DNA of 63,678 bases, counting the filler, from Aduncisulcus paluster (taxonomy: Eukaryota), in NCBI GenBank assembly GCA_024181965.1. It is 8 parts of 8 records of this genome, joined end to end, with 100 filler letters (N's around TTAATTAATTAA, not from the genome) between each part and the next. Parts side by side here need not be neighbours in the genome. Positions count along the whole stretch, not along the records: positions 13,980 to 25,411 come from BQXS01012628.1; positions 25,512 to 33,741 come from BQXS01012629.1; positions 33,842 to 40,863 come from BQXS01012630.1; 5 more parts are not named here. One strand, given 5' to 3'. The position numbers and the translations under genes were made by a program. Positions within the stretch are counted from its first letter, which is position 1. Each line of letters opens with the position of its first letter. Shown piece after piece: positions 23,701 through 34,863 of this stretch. The notes under the pieces are model-generated. The model did no database searches and was not told the DNA's origin. It was given only the letters and a program-made list of their open reading frames with translations.

Positions 23701-23905
23701 TGAAAAGTTTGTTTGTGAATTGTTAAGGTGTAGCGAGAGATCTGGGTCCTCGATTCATCATTATATTTACAATTACTGCATAAAATATAGTGTGTCCATT
23801 CCTGAAGAGGTTGGAAAACTTCCTGAATCATTCGATTCTAAATATAAATCAAGTCGAGGAAAGCTGCGTGAAATATTAGAGCTAAACAAAGGAATGATAA
23901 TATAA
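20702..23905 (+). CDS. RMC1: RMC1/C18orf8/Bulli-like regulator of MON1-CCZ1 (N-terminal propeller plus C-terminal Mic1-like solenoid), ~942 aa once the 375-bp duplication is collapsed
   Basis: IIGAFWIKHSLICVVSIQNIFIFQV resembles the RMC1 N-terminal ILGFCW...IVFITxQGIEFYQV. The C-terminal ILCVIRQFLSFV...LFCIKRL...GRPLAAFNLI resembles the Mic1 domain. Recognised by eye. Confidence 0.6.
21117..21866. repeat. 375-bp exact tandem duplication; the junction creates TAA at 21491-21493
   Basis: 21117-21491 = 21492-21866. Confidence 0.92.
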
Positions 23906-23916
23906 TAAATTGGATA

Positions 23917-25411
23917 ATATGAATGTCATGCATTCACCAATTCTTTACAAAAACTTCACGGGTAGAAATTGCCATGTCATCCTTTCCATCGGTGAGATTG
24001 AGGCGAATGGCACGATTACCAACAGGAAGAGCAAAGAGAGTATCCTTTGCTGGAGAGTACATCAAAATCTGTTTTAACTTGTCCAGAGCAGGGAGCAAGG
24101 AGTGTGTTATGATAACCTACAATGCTACAGACCGAATAGAGTTCCCTCCATTCCGTTAGATAGACCTGAGATCCAGAAATATATGTTGGTGAGTTTGGAA
24201 GGAGATTTCTACAATCAGTAATTGCTCTTAAAACTTCAACAGGAACGGAAAAGGTAGAATCAAAAGTAGAAAGTAAAATTCGGTCGTCACTCAAAAGCCC
24301 AAAAGGAGTTTCCAGAGAGATTTGACAGATCCACAGAGATATTGCTTCAAAAAAAAGAAAGAACGAAGGAGTATGAGTAAATGGAATCTCTACCTGCAAA
24401 ATAACTTCAAAATCTTCACTTGAATCGCCAATATTTCTTTCTTTTGAACAACTTGTCTTCACAGAATACGTTTCTATCACGAGTTTCACAGTTGCATGAT
24501 GATAATAAAAAGAAGCGACCTAATTGCACCATTATTGGACTTGATTTGTCGATAGTACAGATATAACAGACATCAATTTGTGGATATTGTTGTTGTTGTT
24601 GAATAAAGACCTGTTGTTGACGACTCAATGTGTGGATAGAAACAATTGGTGGATGGATGGAGAGAACAAAATCTGATGTATTTAGAACAAAAGAATCCAT
24701 AAACCATCACGAACTGGAACACAATTCAAGAATAGTAATAAGTTGTTACTGCTTTGATATGGACTGCAAAACGAAGCTCCGATTGAACAAAGTCAAATTC
24801 TAGAAACGAATATACAAATCGAACGGTAGTCACTGAAGTTCAAGACTACTTTGTCATGGAGAGCTGGAGATTCCTGGATTAATGGAATCATCCTCCAATC
24901 ACTTTTGATATTAATCATGAATTGGATGTGGGCCAACTCAACAAGATATCTTTCAAAGGATGTGCAGGTTCCCATTGTTTCATCGTTGGTCGATTAATCG
25001 ATTGGAAACGGTATCTGTGAATTCCACGACACCAAAAAAAAGGGAAGATCTCACATTGGAAATAGACCTGTGCTCCGAGGGATGGTCTTTAGAAAAGAAG
25101 CTCAAGGCGTTTGACACGAAACATCCATTCATTCAATTAAGAAGCCTTCTTGCAAATCTCTGTGCAGTACAAGGAATAAAATGATCTCGCAGCGGATAGA
25201 AAGTGTATTTTTATCCCATTCAATCACAAGGGATATGGTAGTGGGCGCTCCAAATGGCGACTTTGCGATGAGTTGAGAAAACCCTGTGACAATTCCACCA
25301 ACATGCAGGTTTTTTATATCTCATGGCTCTGTATATTGCCATGCCGCATGAGTTCAAGAAAGTCGAAAGCACATCTCGTGACAGGATCTCCAACAACATA
25401 ACAAACAAAAC
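23917..25411 (+). repeat. Repeat copy B (longer copy), runs to the contig end
   Basis: Inverted match to 13987-14991, with an extra 451 nt between AACTTCA repeats (23952-23958 and 24403-24409). Confidence 0.95.
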
Positions 25412-25511
25412 NNNNNNNNNNNNNNNNNNNNNNNNNNNNNNNNNNNNNNNNNNNNTTAATTAATTAANNNNNNNNNNNNNNNNNNNNNNNNNNNNNNNNN
25501 NNNNNNNNNNN
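25412..25511. other. Artificial contig linker
   Basis: N44-TTAATTAATTAA-N44. Confidence 0.98.
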
Positions 25512-28500
25512 CTACAAGGTATTGTTGGATTCATAAATTTGACGATAACCCTTGAAGATCGGGCAGAAGAGGATGTATTATCCAGTCTCAGGTACTTTCC
25601 TTCCTCTTCGTTACCCTCCACTTCCACAGGGCGTGTTCCTTCTTCCACCATTCTTAGTATGCCTCTTCTTCCACCAATCTCCCCCAATAATGTCCTTGTG
25701 ATCTCATCCCCATATCCTCCTCTTCACACACATATCCATTCCCTCTTGGACTTTGTTGAAGAGCTGGTAGTTGTCGAAGATCCTGAGTTTTTGTGGGGAG
25801 ACACGTTTAGAGCAGCTACTAACACAAATGCCAAGCGTGAGCATGTGTTGACACAAGCTATTATCGAACTTCGGCGACAAGTGTGTTCGAGAACATATCG
25901 GATTGGTGCGAATGCTATTTTGGGATACGATATCAGTGTGGATGCAATGGGAAAACCTGGTCGGGCCTTTATTGTTGTTCGGTGTCGTGGTACAGCCGTT
26001 CTTTTAAAAGAAGATCCCCACTGGCGAGATTTCTCTTCATCTCCCTGTTCTCTACATGATGGCAGTGTGATTACGCCCGATGTTATATATCGACAGACAT
26101 ACACGCTTCCTCACCAAACCATTTCTTCCCAAAGGCACTCCGCGATGACAAAAGATGCCCAGTCCCTCGGATATGATGAACGGCATGACACTGGTGTGAT
26201 AGATGTGCTCACTGAGCTCACTGATATCAAGGGTCATCTTCCGCCTCTTGTTTTCACTCTCCATGCTCTTCACTCACTCTCTGATATCTCCCCCCTCTCG
26301 TATATCGGATGTATTCTCTCCTCCTGCTGTGTCGAAGAACTCAAATACACTTCCACCCAGCAAACGAGACTTGCTCTGGATTCTGTGTGGGTTAGTGTCA
26401 GAGGGGAAATCAAGAAGAATGTGAGAGACATGGGCGGAAGCTGTGTTGGTGGATATAGCGAAGGTGTGGCTGTAGCTCGTGATATTGGGATATTCCTTGC
26501 GTACGGAAGTGTGGTTGCAGTTAAGAAAAAACGGAGGAAGAAGAGATATCTCGATCAAATAGATATTGACAAGGATATGACCGATGCCATTTCCAGTTCC
26601 AAACGTCTTGGATCGTCTCCTCATGCAAGTGAAAGAGAAGGTACCTATGACCATTACCACCAGCCAACTTCCACGTTTATGTATACTACGACTGGTTCCT
26701 CTCATCCTCTTCCTCCTTGCTCTATTTTACACTCTCCTCATGCACAGTCGACCCATGGTCATTCAAGGTGTATGCACTGTCGTGAGGGATTTGTCCCACC
26801 TCTCCTCCTTACAACTGTGTCTCCCCCACCTTCTCTCTTGCCTCTCTTCATGCCGCTCAACAGTAGCGGGCATAAATCCATCCCTCTGTGTGTTCGACAG
26901 GTGCGGAGGATCGATGAATTCACTCAAAAGGAAGGAGATCACGGAGGAAAATGCGCCGTGGCAATAGCACACGCTTTTCCTTTTATCCAACACTTGCTGC
27001 ATGAAGAGTTAGTCCGTCGTTTGGTGTTTTTGGGTCTTAATTGTGTTTTCAGATACTCAATTCGTGTCTCCCTCTCAAATACTTTTATTGTATCGACTGC
27101 CACAGGGGATGGAATGCTCTGCAGAGCTCTTCCTCCTCCTCCAAGGCTTGCAAGTCCCAGTGAATTATCTAAACACCCATCAATATCACTGCTTATGACC
27201 GAATTAAAGCGGATGCAGAGGGTATTTTTCAAAGAAAGGTTAGAATATTGGAAGAAAATTGATGGAAGTGCCTCAAAATACTCCATATTATCACATGAAG
27301 AGCTTGAAGAGGAAGATATTCGATGTGTGACCGAATGTTTTTCGAAGAAACAAAACAGGAAGGTTGAAGAAGAGAAACTCCAAGGAAGAATTAGTGGTAT
27401 CAAGTTTGAGAAAGAAGAAAGAATAAGAATAGATACAAAAATCGGAGGGACATTCGAACATGTTAGGAGAAGAAGAAGAAGCTGAACAAGAAGAAGATAT
27501 TGGCGATGGAATCACTGAGTCGGACGAACTCACTGCCATGGCTCAAGACGATGATATTCTCGATATTGAAGTGTCGGGTGATTCTCCCAATCATGGGATA
27601 AAGTCTAGGCACTATAAACTTGAGGATGATGAAGAAGACTCGAAGTCAGGCATAATAATTACAATCAAGGATGAAAATGATGAAGAATCCTCCTCCTCCT
27701 CCTCTTCTTCTCACAGTGATAAAGTCTATCAGTATGCACAAAGAACAGGCGCGGTTATATCTCCCGTTCCTCTTCATATATCAAACCCTCGCCATATTCA
27801 AGCTCTCATGGATATCGTTCTACCCCCTCCTACAGTGCATATTCAGGGTCTATATATAGGGTATGGTGAGAAAGAACCAAAATATAAAGTAATATCACAT
27901 AAAGTTCTTCGTGATCCCCCTTCAACCGTATCACAATCCCAATTGATGCCACAAACAAGATTGGATGCTCCATCTTCACCTATGAGTGTCGAATCCGTAG
28001 ATCCATTGGATGATGTCAAAGGAAAAGATATTACATTCGCCCCTTGGCTCGACCAAGCATGTGACTGCCCCAATTGCTGTTCTCTTGGTGCTCCAGGACA
28101 CCACCCATGGGTCGAGGGAGCCTTGGAGTGTGCCGATGTTATAGTCCCGGTTCAAGACGATAAGGAATCGGACGAATCTTTCACCGAGTCATCATCATCT
28201 TCATCCTCTCTTCTCTCTCTTCTCTCCTCAACATATACTCAAATGCTCAGGGCATGTGTGTTCCAAACCAAAGATGGACATAATTCCACGCTTTATATTG
28301 GTATACCCCGTCTAATTCCCATCAGGAATGCACATAATATTGATCATGAGAGTTTCCTAATTTCTGTAGAAGGAGGCTGTGTGTGTGATTTCAGATCTAC
28401 AACTATCCAGCACATTTTCTATGAAGAAACTACACATCCATCAACAGACGCAAAGGTTTCTTGTATTCCTCGTGAAGATATAAAATGTTTAGATAAAAGT

Positions 28501-29220
28501 GCAAATGGTCTTGATTCAACTCAAGAAGGAGTCAAGAAAACTGTTGAGTTCAAAATACGTGAACCATTATGTGAAGGACCTAAAGACAAAGAATCTGTTT
28601 CATCTCAAGTTGATGATATGGCGTCCAAACATGATATTGAAAATGATTCTGCGTCTGATCCTTCGGTTGGTCCGGATCAGGTTCCCAAGACTGAATTCTC
28701 TGACGTTACGTGTCTTCCCTTTATTCCTGGTAAACATATCATTCAATACATTGCCCATGAAACATTTGTGCTCATTAGAGAAATTACTCCCGTCAAGACA
28801 GGCTTGTTCCCAAAGATTTGGTCGTGGATTCGCAGCAAAGTAGGTCCACTTTTGGGCAGTTCGAATTCAAATTCATCTGTGAGACTCAATTCTAGTTCTA
28901 GAATAAGGGGAATTCGATCAGGTGTTAGCACAAAGCCTCATGTGACCGCCAAGCCGAAACAATCATCGTCCACAGCCGATGAAGAAACCGATGTGTGCAA
29001 TGACATTGTTCATGTATGGAATGAAGCATGTTCCGAGGCCTTGGGAATTATGAGAGCTCGTGCCAATGTTGTAAATGCTGACGCTGTGGTTTCTTACAAT
29101 ATCAAACCAATTCATGCTTATGCAGACAAGAATAGTGTTTATTTGCTCCTGTTAGTTACAGGAAATTCAGTCAATTGCATTGACAAGCCAGATGAAGACG
29201 AATTTGACGGAGATTTCTAG
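25512..29220 (+). CDS. C2CD5: C2CD5/KIAA0528-like protein with YbjQ-like repeats; 5' truncated; frame change near 27400-27480
   Basis: FVEELVVVEDPEFLWGDTFR...ELRRQV...GANAILGY...VVRCRGTAV matches the C2CD5 core. Further YbjQ-like units: MGGSCVGGYSE, LGLNCVFRY and, in the second frame, ARANVVNADAVVSY...VTGNSV. Confidence 0.8.
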
Positions 29221-29573
29221 AGTTTCTCAGAAGAGATCTTGTGAAGAACCAATTTGGCATTTCTCTCGCAATAATCGAATAAAAACATCAAAAACATACC
29301 ATCAATTCACATTTTAGATCACTAGATCATCTAGTAGTTTAGATTGACTGATGACCTTTCGATTCAGGATAATCATAGTCATTGACAAGAGATCTCAGTC
29401 AATAATTCCAACCAAAGTTCATATATTTCTATCCAAGGTGTTTAAAATTACATCGCTCTTAGAATACAGTTGACTAAAGCTACTATTCCTCAAGATAATA
29501 TCAAGAAGAGAATGCCACATCGGATAACCAAGAGATAGACCATCCAACACAGACACAGAAGCTATCAAGAAGA

Positions 29574-31522
29574 CTAACTGGCATAATATATTCCAGGAGC
29601 ATCCATTTCATCGTCAACGTCAACACTCTCAACCTCCTCTTCTTCTTCAGAGGTACATTGGTCCAGACGAGTCGTCACACGGCTCAAAGATTGGTCCAAT
29701 TCAATTGACATCGAGTACAGACGCATTGTTTGTTGTTTGAATACATCAAACATTGATTCATATTGAGACTCCAGGACAGATAAATAGCCAGCAGATCGAT
29801 GCTCCTTTTCAGAACGGAATCGCAGTTCTCGTTGATAAGATTTCTGAGATCTCTTCATTTCTTCAAGTTCAGACGAAATTTGATCCAGTTTAGCTGTCAA
29901 GGCCTCAATTTCACCTTGCTGTTCCGTTTCTTTTTCATGCCATTCCTCCTCTTTTCTTGCATATTGGTGTTTAATCGTCTGCTCAAAGGTCTCCCGTGAA
30001 GCGATTTCTTCCACTTTCCGGACTTCTTCTCGTGCCCTATGGCTTTCTATGAGAGAATCTTCGGCCTCCCTGGCTCCAACAGCCTTCCAATAATTCTTTT
30101 CAATGTCTTGAGCTTTCATCTGCCCACGAATAACCTGCAATTCGTTTGATTTCTTTGTGCANNNNNNNNNNNNNNNNNNNNCTCTTTTCTTGCATATTGG
30201 TGTTTAATCGTCTGCTCAAAGGTCTCCCGTGAAGCGATTTCTTCCACTTTCCGGACTTCTTCTCGTGCCCTATGGCTTTCTATGAGAGAATCTTCGGCCT
30301 CCCTGGCTCCAACAGCCTTCCAATAATTCTTTTCAATGTCTTGAGCTTTCATCTGCCCACGAATAACCTGCAATTCGTTTGATTTCTTTGTGCAGACAAT
30401 CATATAATTCTTCAAGTCCTTTGTTAATGAAGAGACCTTCGATTGGAGATATAAAAGGGATTCTTTAAGCTTGGATGGATCTTCAAAGCTAAGCGGAACA
30501 ACTGTTCGCCCGTGACGAAGATCATCTTCATGTTTTTTAATTATTGATTTGAGAGTTGTTGGGTTACACTGGAATAAAGAACATAATAACTCCGAATGTT
30601 GAGCCTCTTGTTGCTGGCATTTGAATAGAAGAGACTGCTCCTTGACTGAGGAATTGTTCATTGTGTGTTTGAGTTCACTTTGCCAATGAGAAAGTTGCTT
30701 CGAAAGAATTTTCAATTGATTCTCATATCCCGATTTAAGCGAAGCAATTCTAATCTCCTCTTCAGCACGCCATTGTTTCAACATCGAATCTCGTGATTGT
30801 TCTTTAACGTCTTTAATTTGCTGAAATTCTGAAACAGTTTTTGAGAGTTTGGAAATCTTATCCAAGTAAGCAGAAACATCATTTTCTAATCTTGAACATT
30901 TGGCGGTCAGAGATATTCTAGCTTGCTGCTCGTCTGTATAAAGCTTTTCCAATTTTGAATTTGCATTTGTGAGAGTTGATATCTTTTCCAAGTGCGATTT
31001 AACATCATCTTCGAGTTTCGAGCATTTAATGGCTTGAGCAATCCTATCTTGTTGTTCTTCGGCATAACGACTTTCCAACGTGGCTACAGTCGACGAAAGT
31101 CCCGCAATCTTATCCAAATGAACCTTAATATCAGCTTCAAGCTTTGAACATTTTGTTGCCTGTGAAATTCTGGCCTGATGTTCATCGGAATATATACTTT
31201 CTAATTTAGTGATGGTCATTGAGAGTTTTGAAATCTCATTGATATGATCCTTGATCTGTGCCTCAAGTTCCATACATTTTGTTGCTTGAGATACTTGTGC
31301 CCGTTCGTCTTCAGCATGGAGAGTTTCTAGTTTGGTAATAGTTGCAGATAAATCACTGATTTTGGTAGTATAACTTTTGATATCTGTTTCAGATTTAAGG
31401 GATTTGATAACAGGAGAACTCCTCGGCTTATGATCATCTTCTCTGAGTGTTTCCACATTTGTTTTTCTTATAGTGGGTGATTTCTTCTTTAAAAATCCAC
31501 CAGGTAGGCTTAAGAATTGCAT
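29574..31522 (-). CDS. Coiled-coil protein with 42-aa tandem repeats (~571 aa after collapsing the gap duplication)
   Basis: Removing the 233-nt gap plus duplicate joins ORFs 30116-31522 and 29574-30140 in frame. Confidence 0.8.
29949..30394. repeat. 213-bp exact duplication flanking an N20 gap (artefact)
   Basis: 29949-30161 = 30182-30394. Confidence 0.92.
30827..31360 (-). repeat. Four-plus diverged 126-bp (42-aa) coding repeats
   Basis: Consensus ISxLSxTxxKLExxYxDEQQARISQAxKCSKLExDxKxHLDK. Confidence 0.9.
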
Positions 31523-31970
31523 ATAGAGTTGTTATAGAAAAATTAAAATATTAGCTAAAAAAATAAAATTTGTATCTGCTTCAAAAATCCAATTTTTTAT
31601 TTTCATTTTCGAATACGCATTTAACACAAAAGTAAGCTGAAAAATAACGATAAAAATGAAATATTAACTTCTGTGATAATAAGGAAAATAGCTAGAATCT
31701 TCAATATCATACAGCAAATGAATTTTCTTTTTAAAATGTGATCTAAGAATATTTCATCACTAAAAGCAAATTTTTTGTAATAAACTATGAAAATAAATTC
31801 CAAATATCTTTTCTTAGTTAAATGTGCACCTACCTACAAAAATCCCGATATGAAACAGCCTGTTTGATGCAAATCCAAACCTAAAATTATAACATGTACG
31901 TCAGTTTCATTAATATATTTCTAATTTAATATCCTTTCTTTATGTTTTTAATTCTTATTTTTTGTTTTAG

Positions 31971-33741
31971 ATGGAATATGAAAAAATATGGAGCGACATG
32001 GCTAAAAAAGCTCATAAAGACTTAAAAAAGCCAAGTGTTATTACTAGATCTCAATTATACCGTTTTCAAGTCGAAGCTAGGGAGAAATTGGAACAAGAAG
32101 CCGACAGACGCAAGACCTCCGATTGGGTCTCAAGTCTGCGTGGAGTAGATTCCAAATATGTTCAAATAGGAGGCATCACTTCCGGTTTATTTCTTGAAAT
32201 CCGCCCCAAGACGAAAAAGAAGACCGAACGAATCCTGAATAGAGGTGGTCTAAGTACAATCGCTGACGATATTAGTTCAAGTGGAGTGTCAAAGAAATTA
32301 CTGTCCACCATTGGAGGAAAAGATATATTTGACTCTCTCGATCTCTTAGACCTCTGTATTAAAGGTGAATCTGTTGATGTCGAGTGTGGTCTTCTCACGA
32401 AAACTGTTAAAAAACTCAGGAAAGAAAAAGAGGCCGACGCAAAAAGAAGGGCAAAGAAAAAGGCCAAGTCAGTCTCCTTTGCAATTAAACCAAAGCCAAG
32501 TGGCACTGCACGTTTATTTGCCTCAGATTCCAAAGATCAGCTCGATACTTCTTGCAAAATACATGAATTGAAGCTCAAAAATCAACAACAACGCCAACAT
32601 CTCGAAAATAAGTTATATTCTCTCCCAAAGTATGTTCGTCATGTTCAGAATCACCCCCCAGCCCCCTCAGTGTATTCGAAGGATCCTACATTCCCTTTGC
32701 TTCTCTTGCATACGCCATATAACCCATATATCCATCTTTCCTGTTGTGAGGGCGAGAAGACGAGTGTTGGCGTTCTTCTTGAGAACGTTGGCAATTGTGC
32801 TGTTCCATTCAAGATTATTCTCGGACTTAATGGGCCACATGGTATTGAGACTCACATTGTTTCCTCTGAACACCTCATGTCTCCTTCTTCTGTTGCCGAT
32901 TGTGTGTCTGTGACCCCCACTCACGGCTGTCTTCTTCCCCAGACCCATACTTACATCATTGTTACTCTGAATGGCAGTTACATTGGTAGATCTGTGTGTA
33001 TGATTGGCGTTAAGACTGAATTTGGCTGCGTTGAAGTTGTCCGACAAGGCGAAGACTCCAGTCGTGAGCCTTCACCTTCTAAACCCCGTGAGAAGACTGA
33101 CAATCCATTGAAACAAATCCAAGGTACTCGAGGTGCTAAAATGGGCGTTTTAAAACCCATTGGAGCTGAATCATTTGATACAGCTCTCTTGTCTTCCAAT
33201 CCACAGAGTTCTGACCCAAGTGATGATGAAATTCTCATAAGTCGTGGAATATCATGTAAAATCCCAAAAGGTGGCATTGTTGAGGTTTTTAAAGGGAAAT
33301 ATTCCCATTCTGAGAGGTACAACGCCTTTAAAACCCATTCTGTGCCTCAATTCGTTGAAAAACTACACTCTATTTCCTCCTCTGGAGCTGTGGATTCTTC
33401 AATTAAATTGGACCCCTTTGGAGTATTTTCTTCTTTCTCTGTTGAAGCCGTAGTGACCCCCAAGCCTCCTCTTTTCTCTGCTCTCTCCGCTGGTGTGTCT
33501 TCTTCTCTTGCCAAGTTTGAGGATATGCTTCCTTCTCTAGACGTTGAAGATGTTCTGACATCCTCATGTGTGCCGTGTCTCCAGTCTTTAGATCCAAAAT
33601 ACGCAGTGTGCATTGAAGAGCTAAAATTGGATGCTGAGAAAGAAAAAGAAAGACTAGCCCAGGCCAAACTTAAAGAGGAACGTGCTCACAAGAAGAGAGA
33701 GAGTGTTGAATGGATGCGAATCATGAGTCCCCAACAGAAAC
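31971..33741 (+). CDS. MYCBPAP/FAP147-like ciliary protein with an ASH/PapD-like Ig domain; 3' truncated
   Basis: WVSSLRGVDSKYVQIGGITSGLF and SVITRSQLYR motifs, plus LENVGNCAVPFKI...VTPTHGCLLPQTHTYIIVTL typical of ASH domains. Confidence 0.55.
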
Positions 33742-33841
33742 NNNNNNNNNNNNNNNNNNNNNNNNNNNNNNNNNNNNNNNNNNNNTTAATTAATTAANNN
33801 NNNNNNNNNNNNNNNNNNNNNNNNNNNNNNNNNNNNNNNNN
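33742..33841. other. Artificial contig linker
   Basis: N44-TTAATTAATTAA-N44. Confidence 0.98.
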
Positions 33842-34607
33842 GGTGCCCAAGGTACATGACGGCTAAAGACGCTTCAGCTTACGTGGCAAAGTTTCTGAAA
33901 ACTTTATCTGATTGTGGTGATTTCTTAGACAAGAAACCTGAGTTGGTTATCGACTCTTTCGAAAGAAATCTGACACATCCTAAGCTTAGAGATATTGTCA
34001 GGCTAAGACGTGGAGGAGGTAAAGATGGTTTCGCCACTGCTGTTGAGAAAGTCTTGAAAAAAGCTCCAGTAATCTGTAGAGCTGGCAGAAGAGGAAGGTA
34101 TGACTCAAGGGACGGTGGAAGAGATTCAAAGGATAGTAGAAAGGATTTCAGAGAGTCAAAGGAAGTAGAAACGTGCACCTATTGTAAACGGAAAGGTCAC
34201 AACATAAAGACCTGTTATAAACTCCACCCGGAGTTGATTCCACCGAGAAAAAGAAAGGAAGAGTTAAGAAGCATGCTGCACAAGAACGAGAAAGGAAAGA
34301 ATTGATCGAAGTGACGTTAAAGAAGGATCCAATGGTGGATTTGGGTGTCAAGTCGCAGTGTTTAATTGATTCCGGGGCGAGTGTTTCTTTTATATCGCCT
34401 GATTTGGTGAAGAAATTAAACCTGACGGTTTCAAAGGAAGAAAGTTCTGTTGAATATGGAGACCGAACAAAGAGCATCTCAGAGAAAACGAATGTCTATG
34501 TAACACTTCGACAAGGTATCAACAAACGTTTGATTTGCTTTCCTGTTCAATGTCTGGTTTCTTCTATTGTTGCAAAGTCTAAAGAAGTTCAGATCCAATG
34601 CACATGA
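33842..34607 (+). mobile_element. LTR-retrotransposon remnant (Ty3/gypsy-like): gag C-terminus plus retropepsin, truncated before RT
   Basis: Zinc knuckle CTYCKRKGHNIKTC (CX2CX4HX4C), followed in the -1 frame by LIDSGASVSFISPDLVKKL...VEYGD. Confidence 0.85.
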
Positions 34608-34699
34608 CATGAATATATATATGTATACTTCACAGATCCAGCAATATAACATCAAGTAAAAATAAAACAAACCAAAACAGATAATATATTACATTATTT

Positions 34700-34863
34700 T
34701 TGGTAGAGGTCCCCCCACTTTTCTCAGCCACCGCCGGTGGAAAGTTTGTGTATTTTTTTGTTTGTTTTTGTTTTTTTGGGAAAAAAATATAATAAAGAAA
34801 TGTACAGTGCAACCACCGTACAGGGGGGACCCCCACGGATGGGGGTAAAAGGGGGGTAGTTTA
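34700..34863. mobile_element. Candidate small non-autonomous element with sub-terminal inverted repeat and GC hairpins
   Basis: GGTCCCCCC (34708-34716) / GGGGGGACC (34823-34831); hairpins CCACC-GCC-GGTGG (34728-34740) and ACCCCCA-CGGA-TGGGGGT (34829-34846) in AT-rich context. Confidence 0.35.
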
